Numbered from the stretch's first letter, positions 25,993-39,390 are shown. The stretch: 64,000 nt of DNA from Octopus sinensis (GCF_006345805.1 NC_043001.1:12524001-12588000); one strand, 5' to 3'. Notes: generated from the letters alone by a model not told the origin. Made by a program: numbers and translations.

Positions 25993-26033
25993 CCAGAGAC
26001 TAGTTTCTGAGTATTTACTCGTCATCAGTCTGG
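25993..26033 (-). ncRNA. Minimal type I hammerhead ribozyme with palindromic stem III, inside a pLTR-like segment (about 25836-26130)
   Basis: CCAGA CTGATGA C GAGT AAAT ACTC A GAAA CTAG TC^TCTGG: 5-bp stem I, perfect core, ACTAGT palindrome, GUC triplet. Confidence 0.85.
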
Positions 26034-26255
26034 AGTAACTTGGCCTGCTATTTGGAGGTGCTCATCTAGCATTTACAAACAAGAATTCTAGTGAAATACA
26101 TTCACTGACCACAGAAATAGAAATAATAAATTTCTAAATATCTCAGAGTGATTTATGCAGAGTGATGTCGAGCAAAGACTACGTTATCATACCGCTACTG
26201 CATAAATCTCTCTGAGATAGAAATGTATTATTTCTATTATATATGTATATATATA

Positions 26256-26548
26256 TGCCCAGTGGTTAGGGCAGCAGACTCGCGGTCGTAGGATCGCAGT
26301 TTCGATTCCCAGACCGAGCGTTGTGAGTGTTTATTGAGCGAAAACAACTAAAAGCTCCACGAATCTCCGGTAGGGTGTAGTGATGATCCCTGCTGTATTC
26401 TTTCACCACAACTTTCTCACACTCTTTCTTCTGTTCGCCTGCTCGCTTAGCCAACGGGGAGGCGTCCTTGAAGGCTAAAACAATACGAAGCGCATTGTGA
26501 CCAGCGATGTGTAGCGACATCTGATAACCTTGTCGGTCATGTGATGTG
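26256..26548 (+). mobile_element. tRNA-derived SINE family E head with an alternative tail
   Basis: gcccagtggttagggcagc.gactcgcggtc.taggatcgc.gtttcgattccc; the tail is shared with 50930-51030 rather than with 34444. Confidence 0.85.
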
Positions 26549-26984
26549 ATATACATATTAATATATGCATATACACATGCATACATGTGTGTGTGCATGC
26601 GTGCGTATGTGTGTGTTATATTCACCTGGAATCATATGTATATGCACATACAGTACTATAGCTGTATGAATACACAATCGCACACTTTGGTAGAGTGACA
26701 TCTACTTGCTAACAATACCGTGCATGCATATGATAGGGAGAGAGAAAAAGCTACGTGGCTGGACAGATACAGATTATTGCAAGGGAGTAAATTAAATGAA
26801 AATCATCGAAAGATACAAGAAAATAAAAAAAAATAATTCAAAGCAGGATTCAATAATTCAAATTTGAGAAGCGTCGAACGTCTGAAAAGGTTATCGAATA
26901 ATGTGGATGGCATAGAATCAAATTTTGTAACCGACACTTAGGACTCAAATGCATATATGATAAGCAGGAATCAACGACATATTA

Positions 26985-27218
26985 AATATCTATTTCTTTA
27001 TTACCCACAAGGGGCTGAACATAGAGGGGACAAACATGGACATACATAGGTATTAAGTCGATTATATCGACCCCAGTGCTTAACTGATACTTAATTTATC
27101 GACCCCGAAAGGATGAAAGGTAAAGTCGACCTCGGCGGAATTTGAACTCACAACGTAACGGCAGACGAAATACCGTTAAGCATTTCGCCCGACGTGCTAA
27201 CGTTTCTGCCAGCTCGCC
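26985..27218 (-). mobile_element. SINE family F
   Basis: cgaccccgaaaggatgaaagg.aaagtcgacctcggcggaatttgaactca...ctgccagctcgcc. Confidence 0.85.
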
Positions 27219-27316
27219 GACAGATTAAATATCAAGTCTCCATCACCAGTGTTTTGTAAGTTCCAGGCAATTTTCTATATATATATTACTAGTCACATTT
27301 TCCTTGGTTCTATAAA

Positions 27317-27699
27317 TCTCTCTATATATAAACGGCAGTTTGTATGTGTGTGTTTCTGTGTGTCTGTTTGCTTGTACCCTCACCCTGACCACGGCTTTCA
27401 ACCGATTCTGATGAAACTTGACACACACATAGCCCAATGTCATAATTCAAAACTAACGCAGCGAAAATTTTGAAAAGTTCCCCCAGTTCTGAAAAAAATC
27501 GATAAATTCGACATGGGGTCCAGAATCAGAAACACAAACCACAGACTGTCTAGGGGACGCAACTCGACCTTTTTAACTCTCAAAAAAAATTTACCATCAT
27601 TTTTTTTCCATTTTTTTGCTATTTTTTGCTATAACTTTCTAAAAATGCTTTAGAGTTATTTCCCTTACAAACCCGAGCAACGCCGGGTGATACTGCTAG
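27317..27699 (+). mobile_element. 383-bp non-autonomous Helitron
   Basis: A|TC 5' end, subterminal CCCGAGCAACGCCGGG hairpin, CTAG|T 3' end, no TSD. Confidence 0.88.
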
Positions 27700-28181
27700 T
27701 TACTTTATATATTTAATATACGTTTGAAGCCTATTTGCGCATCACATCATACCCGATATTTAAGCCTCTATATATTTCACTTTAATAATTTTTTTCCTCT
27801 TTGTATGCTGGACGAAAGTTTCCTGTTGGTTATTAAATTTTAGAGGCATCTAACTATTCTGGTACAATAAATTCATAATTCTTATGACGCAAAGAAAGCG
27901 CATTTCTTGCTGGTGAGTATAAATATCTAAAATGAAAAGAGAGAAATTCTGGATTATTTTATTGAACGGAACGGTAGAATATTAGTCATGTCAACTGGAA
28001 ATAAGTTCTCAAGCCCCGCGGATAGTATTCAAATTTTCCTATCCAAAAGAGCTTTTCAGCTCAATTTATACATACTATCATTTGTAGCCTGTGTACTTTG
28101 AGAACTAATTGCAAAAGTTTATAACCTCTATCTATCTATCTCTATATATCTCTATCTATTTATCTATCTGTCTATCTACCG

Positions 28182-28246
<65 letters not shown>

Positions 28247-28249
<3 letters not shown>

Positions 28250-28523
28250 CGTAGTAGTGGTTGTGTGGTAAGTAGATTGCTTACAAACGACGTACTTCCA
28301 GGTTCAGTCCAACTGCGTGGCACCTTGGGCAAGTGTCTTCTACTATAGCCTGGGCCGACTAAATCCTTGTGAGTGGATTTGGCTGACGGAAACTGAAAGA
28401 AGCCTGTCGTATATTTGTATATATATTTATATATGTATGTGTGTCTGTTTTCGTCCCACCAACATCGCTTTGACAGCCGAAGCTGTTGTGATTACGTCCC
28501 CGTAACTTAGCAGTTCGGCAAAA
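28247..28523 (+). mobile_element. SINE family A, truncated at the palindrome boundary
   Basis: Head, internal (TA)/(TG) tract and body up to cggcaaaa; the remaining tail is absent. Confidence 0.85.
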
Positions 28524-28720
28524 AAATTTACCCAGAGTATTCAGAATGAAACTGATTTTCTGAGCACCATAATCACAGTCCTTTCGGATAAATAACATTT
28601 TCAAACGGTAAATATATGCATCTAGATATTTCTGTAAGTAACTATGTATGTGTGTATGTCTGCATGCATGTATGTATGTATGTATATATGTATGCATGTT
28701 TGCATGTAAGTATATATAAA

Positions 28721-28771
<51 letters not shown>

Positions 28772-29212
28772 TACCTCGTGTGTACCGTTGGCGATTTTTT
28801 TCCTCTGTCTTCCCTTCTCTGGATCTCTCCTTCTCCTATGTTTCCGACGAAGAGGTCCGCTCGAAACGTTAAACCCTCCTTCTTTCCTTCTTTTCTGAGC
28901 GTCCAATAATACTATATTTGTTCCACGTCCTCGCGTTGTTGTGTTTTTTTTGTGTTTTCTTGTTTGGATTAACTATATATGTATATATAAAGTTAATCCA
29001 AACAAGAAAGCGCAAAGAAACACTACAACGCGAGGACGTGGAACAAATATAGTATTATTGGACGCTCAGAAAAGAAGGAAAGAAGGATGGTTTAACGTCT
29101 CGAGTGGAGCTCTTCGTCGAAAACATAGGAGAAGGAAAGATCCAGAGAAGGAAAAAATCGCCAACGGTACACACGAGGTCACACACACACACACACACGC
29201 ACATATATATAT

Positions 29213-29288
<76 letters not shown>

Positions 29289-29472
29289 CTTACATACAAA
29301 CATGCATGCAAATATACATACATACATGCAAGCATACATACACACATACATAGTTAATTACTGAAATGTCTAGATGCATATATATAACCGTTTGAAAATG
29401 TTATTTATCCGAAAGGACTGGGATTTTAGCGCTCAGAAAATCAGTTTCATTCTGAACATTCTGGGTAAATTT
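28524..29472. repeat. About 950-bp inverted duplication containing a Penelope-like terminus (family C), microsatellites and flanking DNA
   Basis: aaatttacccagagtattcagaatg...ggattaact mirrored by agttaatcc...cattctgaacattctgggtaaattt; 16-nt TA-rich loop at 28975-28990; HHR-like motifs at 28840-28874 (+) and 29090-29124 (-). Confidence 0.95.
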
Positions 29473-31628
29473 CAAATATATATGCCACGTATATCGGAAT
29501 GTTTCAAAGACTACCATGGTATGTTTTACAGAAATATCGTTTACAGTGCTGACATTAACATATCTTTTCTCGCTTCCTCAAAGAGTTTCTTTTGAATTTC
29601 TGACTGATTTCTCGAATATATGCTTAGTTGCACTTTATTATGCACACATGTTATTCAGTTGCTGTGTAAGGTCAACAGCACATCATTCGTTTTGAACCAT
29701 TTATCTTGGCTATATTCTTCTGTTATCCTTTGATTCTTTCATTGACTACAAAAATTTATCACCTCCCCAATAATGTCAAAGCTACCTTATCATCATGACC
29801 GGGTCACTTTAGCTTTGCTGAAGGCTGGTCTTAACAGGTAATCTCTGTACAGTTTTACATATACATTTGTAATATTGAACGTAAATTCTATCTAAGGAGA
29901 AGAAAATATGAGCATTACTTAATTCAGCTCGAAGAATCAGATGGTCTTTCATATATTTTTGATGCCGATGGAGTATCAGATTTATAATTTTAGAAATCTA
30001 AGATCATTATTCCAGCAATGCGTTTCATATCCTTTGAATTACTGCAAAAGCTGAGAGAAGAACGTAATGTGGATCGATAATTTTACCAAAGGTGTCCTCA
30101 TTCTCTATCCAGTAAAAAAAGATTCTGTCAAATCTCTCACTAATAAAACTTCTTTCATCATAGATTCTTTTACTTTGAGAGCGTAAAGCAAACGGCGTTT
30201 TACTAATAAAACACGCCGTTTGAGAGCAAAGACATTTCAACGACGTTCTTCCATAGTCTTTCGATGCATTTGTCAATGTTTCCTAAGCGATTTTATTTGT
30301 TGATATCAACTGCTTACACTGGACTTCATCAATCAAGTTGTTATTAAAATGTCAACTAAAAGCTGTTCAAAGTTTGCTTTAAGATGGTTGCTATTGAACA
30401 TTGACTTAAGTTGTATTCTGTTGATAGTGGTACGCAGCTTATTGCAGCAAAACGCTAATGGTAATCTGTCAAATAAATATTTTCCCTTTTACTGCAGCGG
30501 CAGATATATATGTTCCAACAAATAATTGATTCATATTCTACCAGAATACACACACAACTTTCCACTCGTGCAAGTTTTATCATATTCGTTTGACTTCAGA
30601 TCAGGAAACGTTGAGAAAACTGAGTTTTATAAATCGAAATACTTTGACTCACAATTTCACAATCCTCTTTTAAATAAATTGCAGAGCCTCGTGTACTTCC
30701 GCTGAAAGCTTTTTATCTTCAAGTTTGTCTCGGTGTTCGTCGTCCGAAGCACATTTTGGCTTATATTTTCAATTACTTGCAGCTTTGGATTATCAGATTA
30801 TTTCGTTTATGTAACACTGGTTGCAAGTATATTTTTCAACGTTTTATTTCTAACCATTTAATATTTTATTTCTTTCAGCTATTGGATTGCAACAAACCGG
30901 GATAACTTTCCTTGATTTCTTCTGGGTGTCCTGTGGCTATAATAGAAGGCACGTCTCATAGATGCTGTGCAGTGAAACTGAACCCGGAACAAGTGTTTGA
31001 GAAGTAAGCTTCTGAAATAGAAAAGAAACTAAAGTTTAAAAATTCAAAACTCTGTAATTTTCTTTCTGCCAGTTAAATAATGTGCTTCAAGATCTTTAAA
31101 TGGAGAATAACATGCAACTAGCACTACCTGGAAAGTTTTTAAAGAGCATTATGTATAAGTGTTTAATTAGATACAACTGCACGTTATCAAATATTAACAT
31201 GGATGTATGTTGAAGGTTACACATTGTGTTAAATTTTTGGCTTCTCATGTTTTAACAAGAATTAAATTTTAAACAATTTAAGTCCATAAAGTATAAAAAC
31301 AATAAGAAAACACTGCGCAAATATTAAGGAAAACACTTCTTTGCAAACAGAATGTTAATGTTTGAACGTTTTCTTTTCACCTTGAAATCGTTTTTTTTTT
31401 TAAATATGTGGTCAGTTTACTTTCCATGTAAGAGGAAAACGAAAGAAGAGATCGTTTATATAATGGCGAAATCGATACGAAAAATATTCATGGATTGACG
31501 TATTTATTACAACACTTGCATTATCAAACGTATCAACAAAACAAAACAGAGAGAAATAGAGGGTTTTCGGTAACAGGTTTGGGCAGATGCGTAAGGTGTG
31601 GTATAACTTGTATTTCCTATGTAGGTTT

Positions 31629-31713
<85 letters not shown>

Positions 31714-31753
31714 GTATATGTACATATATGTATATGTATGTATATATAATATG

Positions 31754-31808
<55 letters not shown>

Positions 31809-33199
31809 TATATATATATTATATGTATATGTATATGTATATATAATATATATATTTATATGCATATATATATTTATATGTATATCCACGTACGTGGATG
31901 TATGTTATAATATTTACGTTGTGTATGTCTGTGAGTGCGTGCATATGTGTGTGTGTATGTATGTGTGTATGTGTGTTTGTGTGTCTGAATCAGCGGCTTA
32001 GAAGTGAGAGGAAAAATGTATTTCTAGCTTGGTGTTCTCTGATGAAATCGCTCCGCCCATTGAAACAAGTGTTTGCCTACAACAACGCACTGCAAATATC
32101 AGAGATCAAGAAAGAAACAACAATTTCAGAGTTTACTGCGAAGAGATTGAATTTCTGCATATTAATTATGCTTATGAATTAATGTCACAACGAAAATATT
32201 CCATCTTGTTACGACAGAATGATTTGGAACATGCGCAGCGTGATCAGCGGGCGTGGCAGCATAGAACATGTTTTCAGTTTTAGAATTGTCCAACTAGAGA
32301 TTATTTACCAGAGTATGGATCAAATAGGAACAATAATATTCATTAGAATTAGCATGAAGTGTCCGCTATATAGTAAGATAGCTGAAACATACAAAATTAT
32401 ATTGAAGGTGGTAAAATCACATAGAAAGCATTACAAAAGATCCCCAAGACACCGGTTGAGATAGAATTACAAATAAGGAAATCCTTACGTGAAGCAATTC
32501 CTACTGACAGGGAAACTTTATGGCACAGGAGTGTTTTCGCAAAATGGCTGAACATCAGTTTCTCAGAAGTTGTGCGCATGTTGTTGGGTCATGTCTTGCA
32601 TTTCTTTCGGCTCTTATTAAACTGAATCAAGTTCATTTGTTTTCTTCCAGGCATATCGCGTTCAAGATGTCCGAGACCAGGTCATTTTCAGTTTATATTC
32701 CTCTAGTATTTAAATCAATGTAGCTATGTCAGACGGCTTTTAAAACGGAATTTTAGGCGCCAGATCTAAGTGCCCTGCAAGGAAGCCACCTACTTACACA
32801 AGGTGAAGGGAAATAGCTTCGTATTAGCATCAAGACCCGTGGGTGCCCCAGAGGAACTACCCTGTATGGGCATGCTTTAAGTGAGCTCTACTATCTGGAG
32901 GAATCATCATACGGCCACGATGTTGGTATTAAACGTAGATGTTTACATGACAAAATATGTATTTTTAGAGTTATCTAAATTTCATACTCTATATTTCATA
33001 TTGTAATGACATTTTAAACTGTTACATATGATGCCTTTCAAATATACGAATATATTTCAGACTGCCAGATATGTACGTGGGGGGTATATGAATAGATCTG
33101 AGACTGTGGGTTGAAACTAAAAAAATACAAGAGGGGAAGATATATATATATTAGATCTTAAAGAATGAGAAAGAGACTAGTAACTTCATTTAAATGTTT

Positions 33200-33359
33200 C
33201 GTGGCTGTGTGGTAAGTAGCTTGCTTACCGACCACATGGTTCCGGGTTCAGTCCCACTGCGTGGCACCTTCTACTATAGCCTCGGGCCGACCAAAGCCAT
33301 GTGAGTGGATTGGTAAACAGAAACTGAAAGAAGTCCGTCGTATATATATGTATGTATAT

Positions 33360-33408
<49 letters not shown>

Positions 33409-33831
33409 AATATATATATATATTTTTTTCTCTTATGAGGTTTTTCACGCTATCTACCCGATAATGTCTTTTAAGTTTCCTCCTTAAGAAGTTGTCCTTT
33501 TTTGCTATGCCCGAAAAACCTTTCCTTCCCGAAATGCAATTCGTAAAAGTCTGCCGTTTACCGGAGTAATATATGTAAACTAACCCATGTGCGTCGTTGA
33601 TGTTGGTCAGTTGGCTGCTCGGTTTGACGATGTAGGGTCGTTTATTTATGAACGTCCAGACTTGCTGATGAATACAGAGGTATGAAATCACAGGTGATAC
33701 AAGTCCATATTTTTTAATGTCTTACTTGGAAAATTGCATTCGGTTGGATTAGTAAAATTTTTTGGTAGAAATGACTAATTTTGTCCCTCTTAGCGTGTGG
33801 CATGTATGTATAATAATGCCTCTATATATAA

Positions 33832-33911
<80 letters not shown>

Positions 33912-34205
33912 CATACATATATATGTATGTATATATATATAAATATGTATATATAGACATATATATACATGTGTGTGTGTGTCTGTGTGTATGTTTGTGT
34001 ATCTGTGTTTGTCCCAAAACAGTGCTTGACAACCAATGCTGGGGTGTTTACGTCCCCGTAACTTAGTGGTTAGGCAAAAGAGACCGATAAAATAAGTATT
34101 AGGCCTCTAAAGAATAAGTCCTGGGGTCGATTTGCTCGACTAAAGGCGGTGTTCCAGCATGGTCACAGTCAAATGACTGAAACAAGTAAAAGAGAGTAAA
34201 AGAGA
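33200..34205 (+). mobile_element. SINE family A interrupted inside its internal (TA)n by a Penelope-like terminal repeat (33420-33825)
   Basis: Head 33200-33345, tail 33990-34205; the insert is homologous in reverse to 39390-39830. Confidence 0.85.
33659..33705 (+). ncRNA. Type I hammerhead ribozyme motif, canonical core
   Basis: GACTTG CTGATGA ATAC AGAG GTAT GAAA TCAC AG GTGA TA^CAAGTC: 6-bp stem I, 4-bp stem II, near-palindromic stem III, AUA triplet. Confidence 0.88.
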
Positions 34206-34443
34206 ATACCATTTGGTAGTAAAATGTCGTCAAACCAAATACGACCTGATCCGTTGTATCAGGTTTCGGCCGATATTGTGGGTCAGAATATTTAGGTTCC
34301 AATAAACGCGACCAAACCAATACCTGTGGAGCCGTATCAGATGTAATTACTTTTCTGAACGTTGTAAACCGAATATATATTTTCAAATTAGTTCACGCTA
34401 CATCTATTTGTAAACATTGGCCTAGTGGGTATAGGTGCAGCGG

Positions 34444-34805
34444 GGAGGTGCAACGGCCCAGTGGTTAGGGCAGCGGACTCGCGGTCATAGGATCGCGGTT
34501 TCGATTCCCAGACCGGGCGTTGTGAGTGTTTATTGAGCGAAAACACCTAAAGCTCCACGAGGCTCCGGCAGGGATGGTGGTGATCTCTGCTGTACTCTTT
34601 CACCACAACTTTCTCTCACTCTTACTTCCTGTTTCTGTTGTACCTGTATTTCAAAGGGCCGGCCTTGACCCTCTCTGTGTCACGCTGAATATCCCCGAGA
34701 ACTACGTTAAGGGTGCTCAGTCACTTACACGTTAATTTCACGAGCAGGCTGTTCCGTTGATCGGATCAACCGGAACCCTCGTCGTCGTAACCGTGGAGTG
34801 CTTCC
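34444..34805 (+). mobile_element. SINE family E, near full length
   Basis: tRNA-like head with A/B boxes; tail gagcaggctgttccgttgatcggatcaaccggaaccctcgtcgtcgtaacc. Confidence 0.9.
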
Positions 34806-35488
34806 ATCCATAGGTGCAACGTAAAATTTGACACCAGATAATAAATGTTTCAATACCATTAACAATAAATGGGCGATTATGAGTGGCTAATGTATGTCTT
34901 CCGAGCTGTAATTATTTTTCTGAACGTTCTAAGCCGAACATATATTTTTAAAGTAGGTAGCTCTACATCAATTTGTAAACAAACGCAGCCAAACAAAGCC
35001 TCTACAGAACACACAAATACACCATTTAAACAACATTAAACTAATTCTAGACTATATTAAACAAACAGCAGCTCTCTTATTTACAAAACTGAAGACAAAC
35101 AAACAATATCTTATTCTTCAGTTTAACAAATTCATTAAAATGTTAAACCGAATACCCTCTCAATCCATTTTCACACTTGAACTGATATTTAAACAATTTA
35201 ATTTGTTTTTATATTCATATGTCGTGTTATATTATTTACAAACTTTCTAAGCACTTAATAGAATTCTAAATTTAAATTTACCGAGCAACGTTGATTCCTT
35301 CACACGACTCATCGCTCCTACATTTATCTAGATTTCTATCACGGTTATCATTTAGTGACTTTCACCGTAAATTTAGGAGAAGATATTGAAAGTACATCTA
35401 TTCTAACTTGTATAAACACATATACGGATGCACACATACAGACACACACACACGCACACACAACCACACACACACCACACACACACAT

Positions 35489-35542
<54 letters not shown>

Positions 35543-35548
35543 TATAAC

Positions 35549-36800
35549 ATAAGTTCTGTCCAAATTTCAATAAAGAAAACAAGTGATCAAATGATTAATT
35601 GAAATTTAATCATCAATGTACTTTCCCTGATTATCTATGACTTACTTCCATCTGTTTAAAAGATTTTTAATCCTATCAATGTAAAACTCTTATGGTTTCA
35701 ATGCGACGAACTCTTTAACGTCAGTTATGTCCCACAAATGATTCTGTAAACTACGAAACAAACGTTAGTCTGAAGGAGTAAGATTGGGAGAATAAGGTGG
35801 AGGAAGACATTTTCCCAACCAAGCTCCTCGATCTTCTGTAATGTGATCTTTGCAGTGTGGGTTCACGCATTGTCCTGATGAAACATCACTCCTTTTCCAT
35901 TCACTAAAGCGCGTCTTTTTGTTTCCTTCAAAACTTGGTTCAAACGCTCTAATTGCTGACAGTAGACTTGAGCATTGATTCCTGCATTAGATGGTAACAA
36001 TTCAAAGTGAATTACTCCTTTGCAATCTCACCTGATAAAGAGAAGAACCTATTTCCCATGACGTTCTCTTCTTGATAGTGGTTGAGCTTTTTTTTCCTTT
36101 TACCAAACCAATGTTTATGCCGTTTAACATTTCCATAGCAGATCCATTTGTCGTCACCAGTCATAAGTCTATCCAAAAAGGGTGAAATGAGTTTGTAAGA
36201 ATGGAGAGAAGAGCAGATGTCAACTCAAAATTTGCGGTTGCTTTCGGACAATCCATGAGGTACCCATTGTCCAAGTTTAGGAACCTTTCCAAGTTGTTGA
36301 AGATGATGAGGAACAGTTGCATGGTTTGAACTAAGTTTTATTGCCAGTTCTTCATCTAATAATGCAAGATTTTCTTCAAGTAATGTCTCAAGGAGCTTAT
36401 CATCAAACTCAATTGGACGTCCTGTTCGATCTTTATCCTGAAGGTTGAAATCACCAGTTCTGAGTTTTGCAAACCATCTTCTGCAAGTTCTTTCATTCAA
36501 GCATTCTTTCCATAAACTGAGTGTATGTCTCGAATGGCTTCGGCTGCAGAGTTTCATTTTTGTACTCATAAATCACTATGTGCCTTACGTGCTCTTCGGA
36601 TACTTCCACGTTAGAAAGAGTTTTAATCAAAGACATTTTAATTCTATTATTCTTCAAAATAATATTTTATTAGTTTAAGTGTACACAAATGCATAAAAAT
36701 AGCTTTTTTTCTTTATTTCCATTAGACATTCTAAAATACTATTAAATTTCATTCAGTTTTTAGAAAAGGTAAATCGGACAGAACTCATTGGACGGCCTGA
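35549..36800 (-). mobile_element. Near full-length degenerate mariner
   Basis: TIR TCAGGCCGTCCAATGAGTTCTGTCCGA next to TA, with a partial mate at 35549; ERTCRRWFAKLRTGDF..GQWVPHGL..MTGDDKW..DNA. Confidence 0.9.
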
Positions 36801-36817
36801 TATATATAGATATATAC

Positions 36818-36865
<48 letters not shown>

Positions 36866-36872
36866 GAGAGAG

Positions 36873-36910
<38 letters not shown>

Positions 36911-36934
36911 GAGAGAGAATGAGAGAGAGAGATG

Positions 36935-36965
<31 letters not shown>

Positions 36966-37229
36966 ATATATATGTATGTGTATGTATGTATGTATGTATG
37001 TATGTATGTATGCATGTATGTATGTGTATATTTGGGTTTGGTGAAGAGTAAATGATCCAATGAAAAGAGTACAAGAACAATTCTTTAACGCATCTTAAAT
37101 TGTAACTTACATTTGTTTCCGTACCATCTCTATTAGCAACGCCAGTTTGCGCGAAAATCTTAAATGGAGATTAGAATTAAAGTTTAACTGTTTTTGTATA
37201 TAATATTGCATAAATAAATCATCAATATA

Positions 37230-38250
37230 GGAAGTGGAGTGCCGCAGGGAACAGTATTGGGGTTCCATGGTGGATCTTTTAGACATGTCATCAATTACAC
37301 AGACAATCACGCTTGCTAGATATGCTGACGACACAAAAGTAGTACAAGCAGCCAAGGCAGTATTTGATGCTAAATTTCTACAGAAATACCTAGATACCAT
37401 ATATAAATGAGCTGAGGACAACAGTATGCAATTTAATGCAGGCACCAGCTAATTGGTGTTCAGAAGTCACAACAATACTTTGGATCTCGAAAAGTGTGGC
37501 AATCCCAGAATCAAATACGTGATTTTGAGACTGACATGAGCAGCGAAGCTTCGTTTCACATGCATGTCTCCAAAATGGTGGCAGGGGGCAGGTCAATCGC
37601 CGGATGGATTCTGAAATACTTCAGAATAAAGGACCAGGGAACTATGATGGTGCTATGGAGTATATTTATCCTCAGCTGACTCGACTACTGCTCTCAACTG
37701 TGGTTACCCTATAGTGTCGCATTAATAACAGAACTTGAGGCGGATCAGCGATGTTACACAAGGAAGATTGCATCAATGCAACAGCTGAGCAACTAGGAGA
37801 AACTGAAATAGCTGCGACTCTACTCCCTGGAGCGAAGACGGGAGAAGGATTGCGGTGATATTTGTGTAAAAGAGACCGGAGGAACTGGCACCAAACTTTG
37901 GAATGAAGAATTACACCAGAGCTTGAATTGGACATCACTGCAGTGTTCCACATGTCCCATCTGAGGCGAGAACCATAGCTTGGGATTCAACGGCCCACAG
38001 CTATTTAACGTCGTACCAAAATATTTGAGGGATCTCGTGGCGTGAGAGTAGATGTTTTCAAGAAACAACTTGTACTTTCGATATCCAAGGTCGCAGATGA
38101 ACTAATATCAAGGCAGAAAAATCGAAAGAGGACAGGAGTGTCGAATTTCCTTCTTCACCAAAAGCCAATTCATACGTTTGGCCAATTAAATGGTGTTAAC
38201 ACTGCCGGTGCCCCAACATGGCCACATTCTTAGAGTTTAAACATATAAAA
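37230..38250 (+). mobile_element. 5'-truncated degenerate copy of the 17.8-kb LINE family
   Basis: GVPQGTVLG, YADDTKV, IAGWILKYFR..TMMVLW, LDYCSQLW; tail gccggtgccccaacatggccaca. Confidence 0.88.
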
Positions 38251-39228
38251 GAAGATAAACGTGTGATTTCATATGAATATACATTAATATATAAACGCAT
38301 ATACATGTATATGTATATGTATACATATATACATATAAAAGAACAGAGCATAACTGCAGTTCTTGGCGGTCAGAAGTAGATGTGCAATTTATGTGTGTCG
38401 TTTCAAAATATATTGTCTGGTTTAAAAAGCCACACCTGGCGGCATGAGAGACCCAAGGTGTAAATACAAGAGGTTGTCAAAATCTGCATGAAGAATGGTC
38501 AACAGCCATTTATACACATATATGCATATAAATTTGTACGTGAGTTTGTGTGTGTGCGTACGTGAGATTAAATGTGTACGTGCGTGTGTGTGTGTGTGTG
38601 TTATTTAGGATAAGATATAAACAAGTCTTTCCTTTGCAAAGCAATTCAGAACGAAATTATGAGAAAATTTTCATTGCATATGGATATATTTATAAACACA
38701 ATGCATGTGTAGTCATTACGTAATTGTTGATAAATTTTCGTCAGCTAGGGAAAAACAAATCTTTTATCGATAATATATTTTCAGCTGCAATTAAGATATA
38801 ATTGCAAAATTCGTTTCGTCTATATCTTGGTGATATAATTACGAGGGAAGGGCAGCTTTTAAATTGTTATGAAAATTGTTGATCATTTTACACGCAATTC
38901 ATTGGCTGAGACATTATATGCAAAGCTTTAAAATTGAGTCATTTAATAGTTGTATAAAACAAGTCGATGAGGTACATCTCCTTATCTCATTAATTATCTT
39001 TCTCGTTTCGATTCATATTGCAGAGAGATTTTAAATTAAATAGTTGAAATGCCTTAACAGTCTAGACCGATTGTCATTTGATCTGAAATTGCCACGTGTC
39101 AGAGTATCAGACGGCACCGCAATTAGTAAGACATTTTCCTCGGATAGGAAACTTCCTTTAAAATACTTATGCCGCATCGAGGTTATCGAATGCAACAACC
39201 ATCATGTATGTATGTGTGTGTATGTATT

Positions 39229-39260
<32 letters not shown>

Positions 39261-39355
39261 TATATATATATATATAAATGTGTGTGTGTGTGTGTGCATG
39301 TATATATGTATATATGCATATGTGTATATATATATATATATGTATATATTTATAT

Positions 39356-39390
<35 letters not shown>

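Noticed and set aside
27408-27414. CTGATGA as a hammerhead core (also at 48014-48020)
   Set aside because: It lies inside the Helitron body with no stem II, GAAA or stem I partner
32039-32073. CTGATGA...GAAACAAGTGTT hammerhead-like match
   Set aside because: Stem I cannot form and stem II has only 3 bp
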